Shown here piece after piece: positions 28,757 to 37,114 of a DNA stretch of 42,205 bases. The position numbers were made by a program, and so were the translations under genes. The stretch lies in sequence record SRR31156797_18765; one strand, given 5' to 3'. Position 1 is the first letter of the stretch, and the number at the start of each line of letters is the position of its first letter. The notes below the pieces were generated by a model. The model ran no database searches and was not told the DNA's origin. It was given only the letters and a program-made list of their open reading frames with translations.

Positions 28757-29805
28757 ATTTCACCTAACTCTCGCAGATTAATATCGTACGGAGGTTTAAT
28801 TATTCCTTTCTCTGTGATTATCCCGGTAACAAGTTCGTTTGGGGTAACGTCGAATGCGGGATTTAGAACATTAACTCCTTCCGGAGCAGTTCTCTTTTCA
28901 CCAAAATAGCTTACCTCATCTGCGCCACGTTGTTCAATAACTATATCTTTTCCGGTTTCAGTACCAGAATCAAAAGTGGACGAAGGGCAGGCGACATAAA
29001 AAGGTATGCCGAAGTGTTTTGCGAGGATAGCGACACCCATTGTTCCTATCTTGTTTGCAACATCGCCGTTGGCGGCAACCCTGTCTGTCCCGACTATCAC
29101 AAGGTCTATCCTACCTGATTCCATAGTGCTCGCTGCCATGTTGTCACATATTAGTGTGACATTCAGCCCAGCCCTTTGGAGCTCCCACGAGGTGAGCCTT
29201 GAACCTTGGCAGAGAGGTCTTGTTTCATCAGCGTAGATTCTGAAATCAACTCCGGCTTCAGCCGCAGTATACATAGGTGCTGTTGCTGTCCCCAGCCTCG
29301 ATGTTGCGAGCGAGCCAGCGTTACAGTGGGTTAGAACACCACATCCGTTTTTGATAAGCTTATTTCCGTGTTTCCCTATCCCTTCACAGATGGCTATGTC
29401 TTCCTTATGAATTTTAATAGCTTCCTTCACCATGCACTGATAAGCTTTTTCGGGCTCTTTAGCACCGCAGGCGTAGAGCTTTTTCATAACTCTTTTTATC
29501 GCCCAGCTAAGGTTAACCGCTGTGGGACGTGAGCTGTTCAGGTGGTGTGCATCGTTCTGTACTGATGCCATGAAAGAGCTGAACTCTTTATCAAGGTGCG
29601 CTTGTGCACATATACAAAGCCCGTATGCTCCGGCTATGCCTATGGCTGGTGCGCCTCTCACTTTCAGCGTTTTAATGGCAACATAAACTTCGTTTAAGTT
29701 TGTTAGTTGTACCTCAATGAAATTTTCCGGCAGAACAGTCTGATCGATGATGAAGAGTTTTTCATCTTCCCATCTGATAGTGTCGGGCAGTTTATTTGAA
29801 ATCAT
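28753..29805 (-). CDS. mtnA: S-methyl-5-thioribose-1-phosphate isomerase
   Basis: IDQT.LP, VRGAPAIG, SRPTAVNL, THCNAG, DETRP, GDVANKIGT, NPAFDVTP. Confidence 0.95.
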   Translation of the reverse strand: MISNKLPDTIRWEDEKLFIIDQTVLPENFIEVQLTNLNEVYVAIKTLKVRGAPAIGIAGAYGLCICAQAHLDKEFSSFMASVQNDAHHLNSSRPTAVNLSWAIKRVMKKLYACGAKEPEKAYQCMVKEAIKIHKEDIAICEGIGKHGNKLIKNGCGVLTHCNAGSLATSRLGTATAPMYTAAEAGVDFRIYADETRPLCQGSRLTSWELQRAGLNVTLICDNMAASTMESGRIDLVIVGTDRVAANGDVANKIGTMGVAILAKHFGIPFYVACPSSTFDSGTETGKDIVIEQRGADEVSYFGEKRTAPEGVNVLNPAFDVTPNELVTGIITEKGIIKPPYDINLRELGEI

Positions 29806-30265
29806 AAATTCCCTCCGAGTGCAAAAGTTGTATTCTCGAGTCGTAATGCTTACATGTGTTACCGCTAAGTTTCCTTCCTACACCCACAACCCTGTGGGCG
29901 GGGATGATTATAGAAAACCTGTTTGCAGTCATGGCGGCACCGACAGCTCTCGCAGCTTTTGGTCTTCCCGCAAGACCGGCAAGTGCGCCGTAGCTGATGA
30001 GTGTTCCGCATGGTATCATAGCAGCGGCTTTATATATTTTATACTGAAATGGTGTCGTCCAGCTAAGATCGAGATCGTCTAATGATTCAATGAGAAAGGG
30101 CTGTTTGATATGGTTTTCGAGGAAGTCAGTGATATATCTGAATCTCTCATGGATTACAGGCAGTACGCCCTCGTTCGGTTTCAGAGTTGTTATCTCTTTG
30201 ATTTTCTCTTCGTTATACGACACATAAAGGTCAAGTCCTGATATGTTTCTGACTTGTGTCCACAT
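29792..30265 (-). CDS. alkyltransferase-like (ATL) protein, MGMT fold with PAHR instead of PCHR
   Basis: TPFQ..IY, IP.G...SYG.LA...G.PKAARAVG, IIIPAHRVV. Confidence 0.85.
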   Translation of the reverse strand: MWTQVRNISGLDLYVSYNEEKIKEITTLKPNEGVLPVIHERFRYITDFLENHIKQPFLIESLDDLDLSWTTPFQYKIYKAAAMIPCGTLISYGALAGLAGRPKAARAVGAAMTANRFSIIIPAHRVVGVGRKLSGNTCKHYDSRIQLLHSEGIYDFK

Positions 30266-30270
30266 CTAAG

Positions 30271-31383
30271 CTACGCTCCAAGTAGAAATGATCTGTCCCA
30301 GTCTTTCATCACCGGGTCATAACCTTTAGAGCGTATCATATTACAAAATTCTTCGACACTTCTTTTGTCTTCAACCTCAAATTGTTTTCCGTCGTGTTCC
30401 TCTGAGTATCCGCCTGGTTCAGTTTTAGAACCTGCACTCATCATTGTAACCCCCAGCGGAAGTAAGTTATCTCGCATCTCCGCCGGTTCACGGGTAGAGA
30501 TAACAAGCCCGACATCAGACTGGAACATCCTGTGTGCCAGCATAGACTGTACGAGGTTTGTGTCAGATATTATCTCATGCGGTACGAAGTTCCCTTCAGC
30601 TTTACGGATGCGAGGGAAAGAGATAGCCACGTGAGTTTTCCAATAGTTTTTAATGAGGTAATCAGCGTGAAGCCCTACGAAGAATTCTTCTGTGCGGAAA
30701 TCTTTCAGCCCCATAAGAGCACCAACACCTACAAAGCGGAATCCAGCCTCAGCGCCACGTTCAGGAGCTTCAAGCCTCCAGTCGAAATCACGTTTCTTAC
30801 CGGCAGGGTGAACCTCTGCGTATTTACCTCTGTGGTACGTTTCCTGATAAATAGTGAGCCCGTCCACACCGTGCTTGTACATGGTGGAATAGTCTTCAGT
30901 GCTCATAGGGAAGACTTCTATGGATATGGATGAGAATTTATCTTTCATCGAATCGAGTGTCTCTACAAGGTAGTCAACGCCTACGATTTTTGGCGATTCG
31001 CCAGTTACAAGGAGCAGGTGTTGTATGCCGAGATTTTCGATCTCTTTAACGTCAGCTTCGATCTGTTCTCCGCTGAGTGTCACTCTCGGTATCTCGTTAT
31101 GAGTGTTGAAACCGCAGTAAACGCAAGAATTTGTGCATTCGTTCGAGAGGTATAGCGGAGCATAAATTTTTATCGTGTTACCGAATCTCTGCTTTGTTAT
31201 GCGGTGTGCTTCCGCCGCCATAGGCTCAAGAAAACTTTCAGCCGCAGGAGATAACAGAGCTGCAAAGCCCTCTTCGGTCACTTTAGATGCGCTGAGAGCT
31301 AGCTCAACGTCACGTTCAGTTCGGGAATGTATAAATTTCTGTATATCGTCAAAATTGTATTGGTCTAGTACGTCTTTAAACAT
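30271..31383 (-). CDS. thiH: 2-iminoacetate synthase (radical SAM)
   Basis: APLYLSNECTNSCVYCGF, YQETY, SFPR, ISTRE, SAGSKTEPGGY; directly downstream of thiG. Confidence 0.95.
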   Translation of the reverse strand: MFKDVLDQYNFDDIQKFIHSRTERDVELALSASKVTEEGFAALLSPAAESFLEPMAAEAHRITKQRFGNTIKIYAPLYLSNECTNSCVYCGFNTHNEIPRVTLSGEQIEADVKEIENLGIQHLLLVTGESPKIVGVDYLVETLDSMKDKFSSISIEVFPMSTEDYSTMYKHGVDGLTIYQETYHRGKYAEVHPAGKKRDFDWRLEAPERGAEAGFRFVGVGALMGLKDFRTEEFFVGLHADYLIKNYWKTHVAISFPRIRKAEGNFVPHEIISDTNLVQSMLAHRMFQSDVGLVISTREPAEMRDNLLPLGVTMMSAGSKTEPGGYSEEHDGKQFEVEDKRSVEEFCNMIRSKGYDPVMKDWDRSFLLGA

Positions 31384-32159
31384 TAGTTCCTCAAAAATCC
31401 TGTGAGTGGGCTTGATGCTGATGCCTTCTCTTTCTGACCGGGCATACCTGCATCACGGGCTGTTACAGCGGCATCGACACCTAGCTTGAAAGCAAGGGCC
31501 ATCTTTACAGGGTCTTTAGCAGTGGCTATTGCAGTGTTTACAAGGACAGAGTCAGCTCCCATCTCTATAGCTGTTGCCGCATGTGACGGTGCGCCGATAC
31601 CTGCATCAACTACAACGGGGACTTTCGCCTGCTCGATAATTATGCGGAGGTTATCGGTTGTTTTAATTCCTTTGTTGCTCCCTATTGGTGCGCCAAGCGG
31701 CATAACAGTCACAGTACCTATCTCCTCAAGTCTTTTACAGAGGATAGGGTCGGCGTTAATATATGGAAGAACCTTAAAACCGTCTTTTACGAGGATTTCA
31801 GCCGCTTTGAATGTTTCTATCGGATCAGGAAGGAGGTAGTAAGGATCAGGTGTCACTTCAAGCTTTATCCAAGGCTCGCAACCTGCGGCTCTTGCGATAC
31901 GGGCTAGGCGGACTGCCTCTTCTGCATCACGTGCGCCGGATGTGTTTGGTAAAAGTAAGTATTTATCTGAGCTGATGTGTTTGAGGATGTCATCCGCCGG
32001 ATTGTTGATATCTACCCTGCGCATGGCAACAGTGACTATCTCCGCTCCGGACGCTTCGATAGCTTCTGCCATCTTATCCGAGCTGGAAAATTTACCTGTA
32101 CCCACCATCAGTCTGCTTCTGAATGTTCTGCCGTCAATAACAAGCTCATTGCTAAACAT
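31383..32159 (-). CDS. thiG: thiazole synthase
   Basis: [36 protein letters not shown]. Confidence 0.97.
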   Translation of the reverse strand: MFSNELVIDGRTFRSRLMVGTGKFSSSDKMAEAIEASGAEIVTVAMRRVDINNPADDILKHISSDKYLLLPNTSGARDAEEAVRLARIARAAGCEPWIKLEVTPDPYYLLPDPIETFKAAEILVKDGFKVLPYINADPILCKRLEEIGTVTVMPLGAPIGSNKGIKTTDNLRIIIEQAKVPVVVDAGIGAPSHAATAIEMGADSVLVNTAIATAKDPVKMALAFKLGVDAAVTARDAGMPGQKEKASASSPLTGFLRN

Positions 32160-32214
32160 AGACGTACTCCGATTATTAAGTTGTAAAGATTTAAACTAGG
32201 GGTAGGTAGAAGAT

Positions 32215-32242
32215 ATAATACTTTTTTTCTTACTAATGTCAA
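32215..32242 (-). promoter_or_regulatory. putative sigma70 promoter for thiG operon
   Basis: Minus strand TTGACA-16 nt-TATTAT. Confidence 0.55.
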
Positions 32243-32268
32243 TAAGGATAGTTTCAACTTGCTGAAAA

Positions 32269-32295
32269 CGTAACTCTGAACGTAGTGAAGAGTCT
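32269..32295. repeat. single degenerate REP-like unit
   Basis: CGTAACTCTGAACGTAGTGAAGAGTCT: ACTCT...AGAGT stem around GAACGTAGTGA, resembling GTCA-tagged REP half units. Confidence 0.45.
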
Positions 32296-32331
32296 GGTGC
32301 AGTTTATTCAGTTAAAGCATCAGAATGATAA

Positions 32332-32363
32332 AACAAGGGCTAGATTTTACTCTAGCCCTTGTT
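32332..32363. terminator. terminator hairpin downstream of rpsB-tsf
   Basis: Perfect 13-bp AACAAGGGCTAGA/TCTAGCCCTTGTT inverted repeat; T-rich tail on the minus strand. Confidence 0.8.
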
Positions 32364-32494
32364 AGTTATTTACTTATTTTGCTTATCGCCATCAAGCTAG
32401 AGTAGTCATTAAGCTTGATTCTGCCAGCTGACAGAACTTTACTTAGTGATCCTGCTTATCGCTTTAAAGGCTACAGAGACGGAACAGCAGGCGT

Positions 32495-33370
32495 TTATTT
32501 GCCCATCTGCTTCGCTACTTCCTCTGCAAAATTCTCCTGCTTTTTTTCGATGCCTTCTCCCATCTCGTAACGAGTATAGTTAAGGATCTTCGCGCCTTTG
32601 TCAGCGAGGAGTTTCTCAATTGTAACATCCGGGTCTTTTACGAATGGCTGGCTCACAAGGCATACTTCCTTAAGGAGCTTAGCTACCTGACCTTTAACGA
32701 TGTTAGGGATGATCTTCTCTGGCTTACCTTGCTCAACGAGCTTAGCAGCGAAGATTTCCTTCTCTTTTTCGATGTAGTTAGCATCTACGAAGGACTCATC
32801 GAGGTATTTAGGGTTGCTTGCAGCGATGTGCAGGCAAACGTCTTTAGCAAGTTGTGCATCTCCGCCTTCGAGGTTAACGATAACACCGATCTTACCACCA
32901 GCGTGGATGTAAGTGGATACGTTATCTCCGTCAACTTTGATGAATCTTCTAACGCTGAGTTTTTCACCGATTTTAGCTACTGTAGTGTTGAAGAATTCTT
33001 CTACAGGCTGACCATCAGCTGTTGTGAGAGCCATGAAAGCGTCAACATCAGCAGGAGCCTTATCGAGGATAAGGTCAGCGAGTCCCTGTGCGAAGTTTTT
33101 GAAATCGTCGTTTTTAGCAACGAAGTCTGTTTCGGAGTTAACCTCAAGGATAACACCGGATTTATTATCTTTAAGCGCTGCTACAACTGCGCCTTCTGCT
33201 GCGATTCTACCGGACTTTTTAGCTGCGGCTGCGAGACCTTTCTTACGAAGAAACTCTACAGCTTCCTCCATATTACCGTCTACTTCGCCGAGAGCCTTTT
33301 TACAGTCCATCATTCCAGCTCCGGTCTTTTCGCGGAGCTCTTTTACCATTGCGGCTGTAATCTGTGCCAT
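32495..33370 (-). CDS. tsf: translation elongation factor Ts
   Basis: VKELREKTGAGMMDCKKAL, NSETDFVAKN. Confidence 0.98.
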   Translation of the reverse strand: MAQITAAMVKELREKTGAGMMDCKKALGEVDGNMEEAVEFLRKKGLAAAAKKSGRIAAEGAVVAALKDNKSGVILEVNSETDFVAKNDDFKNFAQGLADLILDKAPADVDAFMALTTADGQPVEEFFNTTVAKIGEKLSVRRFIKVDGDNVSTYIHAGGKIGVIVNLEGGDAQLAKDVCLHIAASNPKYLDESFVDANYIEKEKEIFAAKLVEQGKPEKIIPNIVKGQVAKLLKEVCLVSQPFVKDPDVTIEKLLADKGAKILNYTRYEMGEGIEKKQENFAEEVAKQMGK

Positions 33371-33374
33371 TTAA

Positions 33375-34205
33375 CTATTTCTCCTCTGTTGTTGCTTCCG
33401 CAGGAGCAGCTACTTCTTCAGCAGGAGCTTCAGCGGCTTCTTCTTCTACGATCTCTTCAACAGGAACATCTTCGCCCTCAGCTGCGGCAGCTTCTGCCAT
33501 CTCACCAGCCATGTCCTCTTCTCTCATCTGCTTACCTTCAGCGATAGCATCAGCGATGCGGCCGGAGATAAGCTGGCAAGCACGGATAGCGTCGTCGTTA
33601 CCCGGGATAGGGAGGTCTACGAGGTCAGGGTCACAGTTAGTATCGACGATAGCGATGATAGGAATATCAAGCTTTTTCGCCTCAGCTACTGCGTTCTGCT
33701 CCATCTTAATGTCGATGATGAACATAACATCCGGAATACCTGGCATATCTTTGATACCGCCGAGGTTTTTAGAAAGTTTGTCCAGCTCTCTTTTAAGCTT
33801 GGAAGCCTCTTTTTTAGTGTATTTGTTGATGTAGCCTGACTCGAACATCTCTTCGAGCTCTTTGAGTCTCTGGATACGTGTTTTGATAGTCTGGAAGTTT
33901 GTAAGAGTACCACCGAGCCATCTTTCGTTCATGTAGTAAGCGCCGCACTTTGTCGCTGCATCTTTGATAGCGTGCTGTGCCTGCTTCTTAGTACCAACGA
34001 AAAGGAAGTTACTTCCGTTTCTGGCTGCGTCTCTTGTAAACTCGTATGCAGTGTTAAAACACTGAACTGTCTTCTGAAGGTCGAGAATATAGATTCCGTT
34101 TCTCGCACCGAAGACGTATTTGGACATTTTCGGGTTCCAGCGCTTAGTCTGGTGTCCGAAGTGTACACCTGCTTCAAGCAGGTTTTTCATTGAAATGTAA
34201 GACAT
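33375..34205 (-). CDS. rpsB: 30S ribosomal protein S2
   Basis: [28 protein letters not shown]. True start ATG 34205 after GGAGG, not 34433. Confidence 0.98.
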   Translation of the reverse strand: MSYISMKNLLEAGVHFGHQTKRWNPKMSKYVFGARNGIYILDLQKTVQCFNTAYEFTRDAARNGSNFLFVGTKKQAQHAIKDAATKCGAYYMNERWLGGTLTNFQTIKTRIQRLKELEEMFESGYINKYTKKEASKLKRELDKLSKNLGGIKDMPGIPDVMFIIDIKMEQNAVAEAKKLDIPIIAIVDTNCDPDLVDLPIPGNDDAIRACQLISGRIADAIAEGKQMREEDMAGEMAEAAAAEGEDVPVEEIVEEEAAEAPAEEVAAPAEATTEEK

Positions 34206-34251
34206 TGCTCCTCCAGTATTTGATATACCCAAATATATCTGTTCTTTTTTT

Positions 34252-34333
34252 GTTTTGCCTCCGCCCCTGCAAACCGCCACCTGAAAGCCTTTCAGGCACT
34301 TGCCGGTTTTGCACGCAATTAGGGCGTGTGTAT
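34252..34333 (-). ncRNA. t44 / rpsB leader (S2 autoregulatory) RNA
   Basis: ACACACGCCC...GGGGCGGAGGC closing stem with nested TGCAAAACCG/CGGTTTGCA and CCTGAAAG/CTTTCAGG stems in the rpsB 5' UTR. Confidence 0.8.
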
Positions 34334-34343
34334 TGGGACTGTA

Positions 34344-34372
34344 CTTATAACAACCGTCATATAAAAAATCAA
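34344..34372 (-). promoter_or_regulatory. rpsB promoter
   Basis: Minus strand TTGATT-17 nt-TATAAG with TG extended -10, just upstream of the leader. Confidence 0.65.
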
Positions 34373-34443
34373 GAAATTTCTGATACAAAAAAATGTCATG
34401 GGGTGTATGATTGCGGTAATTTCTTTTATTCAAGAGGTGCTAG

Positions 34444-35388
34444 ATGTTTCCTTACCTGTTTAAAATAGGCTTTTTTGAGCTTCGTGTTTACAGTCTTATG
34501 TACATCATCGGGCTTTTGCTCTGTATATATATGGTAAAGAGACGTGCTGAGCTTCTTGGTGCTAAAAAGGAGACCATTGAGAATATTGTAATAGTGTCTT
34601 TCCTCGCTAGCATACTCGGTGCGAGGATGTATTATGTCGCTTTCCGCTGGGACTATTATAACAACAGCTTTTTCGAGATGATAGCTATCTGGCACGGCGG
34701 GCTCGCTATTCATGGCGGTATCATCGGCGGTATTATCTGTGTGATATTCTTCTGCCGGGCGAAAGGGATTAACTATTTTAAGCTTGGTGATCTGGCTATA
34801 CCGTGGCTCCTTTTCGGTCAGGCTATAGGTCGAATAGGAAACCTAGCTAACGGTGAGGCGCACGGTGTACCGACACTCACGCCACCGTCTGTTATCTTTC
34901 GAATGAAAAACGGGTTTCAGGAGTTCTGGGCTGATGTGCTTAACCAGCAGGGACTGATTAATTCACCTCTGTCTATATCTAAGCTTTCCGACAGGCTACC
35001 GCTGGATGTTCAGCATAACGGCATCACATATACGCTGAAAGAGTATTTCCCATGGGGGATAAGCTTTACTAATAAATATGGTGCGCCCGCTTATCAGGAA
35101 TTCGGGCTTCTGCCTGTCCACCCTACATTTATATATGAGATGGTGCTTAATTTTCTCTTTTTCATACCTTTATATATGCTGTGGAGAAAAGATGAGAACA
35201 TTGGAACCGGAAAGATAGTCGGTCTGTACCTTATATTCTATGCGATCATCAGAAGCCTTGTTACATTTTTCAGGGCGGATGATCTTATGGCTGGTCCATT
35301 CAGAGCTCCGCACCTTATCAGCATATTAATGATAGTGATTGGTGCAGGTTTTCTTTACACAGCTAAATTCCGGAAACAAAATAAATAA
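34444..35388 (+). CDS. lgt: prolipoprotein diacylglyceryl transferase
   Basis: LGARMYYV, IWHGGLAIHGG, QAIGRIGN..NGE, HPTFIYE. Confidence 0.95.
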   Translation: MFPYLFKIGFFELRVYSLMYIIGLLLCIYMVKRRAELLGAKKETIENIVIVSFLASILGARMYYVAFRWDYYNNSFFEMIAIWHGGLAIHGGIIGGIICVIFFCRAKGINYFKLGDLAIPWLLFGQAIGRIGNLANGEAHGVPTLTPPSVIFRMKNGFQEFWADVLNQQGLINSPLSISKLSDRLPLDVQHNGITYTLKEYFPWGISFTNKYGAPAYQEFGLLPVHPTFIYEMVLNFLFFIPLYMLWRKDENIGTGKIVGLYLIFYAIIRSLVTFFRADDLMAGPFRAPHLISILMIVIGAGFLYTAKFRKQNK

Positions 35389-35492
35389 TTCGAAAACAAA
35401 TTTTATGTGAAATAGGGTTTGTTTTGTGATAAACTTACTTACTTGTGGCATAAGTGTCGCATATCTGTGTGTTATTTTTGAGGAGGGGACGG

Positions 35493-37103
35493 ATGCGCCT
35501 TTCAAAGGGTTTAAAAAAAGTTTTTATAACTGTTCTTGTTGTTTCATGTTTTTCAGTTTCTCACGCTTACGACTATCCTGTCGTTGGTGAATTTAACTCT
35601 GCTTATAAGAATGTCTTTAATGCTATAGATAGTGGTCGTTGTGACAGCATGTCTGGTGAGCTTAAAGAGCTGGTAGATAGTGAGGGTGTTTCATCCAATA
35701 TCTATCTGTCAATTTGCTATTTTAAAAAGCAGGAAAATGATAATGCTTTTAAAGTGCTCGACAGTATGCTTGTAAACCAAGAATACGATGAGGCGCTTTA
35801 CACTGTTCAGACAGAACTGGATAAAGGTAATTCTGATGCAAGACTTCTTAAATACAGAGGTCTGGCATATTTCAATATAGGTGCACTTAATAAGTCGCTC
35901 TCTGATCTTGAGGCGTATCTCGCTGATAATGATGACGATGCGGCTCTTTTCACTATCGTAGATATCTACGTTAACCTGAAAGAGTATGAGAAAGCTGGTG
36001 CTTCACTTGAGAGGGCTACTGTAAAAGAGGGGAACTACTTCTTTAGAAAAGGTAATATCTCACTCAGAACCGGCAAGTCAGTCTCCGCACTAAAGAATCT
36101 CAGAAAGGTTATGCCGGAAGAGAAGGTGTATCCTGATGCTACAATGCTCATCGGTGATATATGTACAGGGTCTAAGAGATACATCTGTGCTGAGAAGCAG
36201 TATGAGATGGCAGCTAAGATAGAAGGTAAAGAGGAATCTGCTAAGAAGAAGCTCGCTAAGATGGAAGAGAGCCAGAAAAGGTTTAACGGTTTTCTTAGTG
36301 TAGGCGGACAGTACGATTCAAACGTTACGTCAATCGACGAAGATGAGATCCCTGGTGCTTCTGAGGTTGAAAGTTTCAGGCTTTATGCAGTTGCAGATAT
36401 TAAGGTTAATTTCTTCCCTTCATTCGCTGATTCTGTTTCAGTCGGGACAATGCATTATGTTACTAAAAACGAAAACTTGCATACTTACGATATGAGCACT
36501 CATAAAATATATGTAATGATGAAGCAGGCTTACGACTCTTTTGAGGTTACACTTCCTAAGATCAGTACAGCTATCACATACTTTGGTGACGAGAAATACT
36601 CCACAGCGGTCAGTGCTGAGGCTTCAGGTAAATATAAGCTCGACACATGGACATTCGGCATTCCGCTTAAGGTTACTAAAAGTAACTATATGAATGATGA
36701 AGAGACAGGTGCGGCGAGCAAAGACGGATATAAGATGGAAGGCTCTTTTGAGGTGACCAAGAAATTCCTTCAGAAATTCACTGCGAAAGTTAAGGCTGGT
36801 ATGGCTTACGATGACGTTGCCGGTGAGACAAAGGTTAAAGACGACAAGACACTCTCTGCTTCACTAAGCATGAGGATGTTCCCAAGGTTTACACCTACCT
36901 TAAGCGTTAACTATGCTAACTACGACTATAGAAATATCAGCAGGAGTGATGACTACTTTAGTACATCGCTTAAAGCTATATATATAATAACCCCACAGAT
37001 TTTTGTGGGCGGTGGTCTGACATGGACTAAGACAGATTCAAATGAGAACGCATTTGACTATACTAAAACAGTATCTGAGCTGTCTGTCAGCTACTCATTC
37101 TAA
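35493..37103 (+). CDS. TPR-domain outer-membrane beta-barrel protein (Slam/DUF560-like)
   Basis: Signal peptide; TPR-like helices; barrel starts GGQYDSNV; alternating beta strands; ends DSNENAFDYTKTVSELSVSYSF (C-terminal Phe). ATG 35493 after GAGGAGG. Confidence 0.7.
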   Translation: MRLSKGLKKVFITVLVVSCFSVSHAYDYPVVGEFNSAYKNVFNAIDSGRCDSMSGELKELVDSEGVSSNIYLSICYFKKQENDNAFKVLDSMLVNQEYDEALYTVQTELDKGNSDARLLKYRGLAYFNIGALNKSLSDLEAYLADNDDDAALFTIVDIYVNLKEYEKAGASLERATVKEGNYFFRKGNISLRTGKSVSALKNLRKVMPEEKVYPDATMLIGDICTGSKRYICAEKQYEMAAKIEGKEESAKKKLAKMEESQKRFNGFLSVGGQYDSNVTSIDEDEIPGASEVESFRLYAVADIKVNFFPSFADSVSVGTMHYVTKNENLHTYDMSTHKIYVMMKQAYDSFEVTLPKISTAITYFGDEKYSTAVSAEASGKYKLDTWTFGIPLKVTKSNYMNDEETGAASKDGYKMEGSFEVTKKFLQKFTAKVKAGMAYDDVAGETKVKDDKTLSASLSMRMFPRFTPTLSVNYANYDYRNISRSDDYFSTSLKAIYIITPQIFVGGGLTWTKTDSNENAFDYTKTVSELSVSYSF

Positions 37104-37114
37104 GGAGATTAATC

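Noticed and set aside
32160-32494. TPP riboswitch for thiG
   Set aside because: No CUGAGA or ACCUGA core on the minus strand.
32729-33834. Long + strand ORFs (272, 116, 156 aa) opposite tsf/rpsB
   Set aside because: Antisense shadows of highly biased genes; no RBS or recognisable motifs.
34206-34433. 76-aa N-terminal extension of RpsB
   Set aside because: Overlaps the promoter and t44-like leader; a strong RBS precedes ATG 34205.
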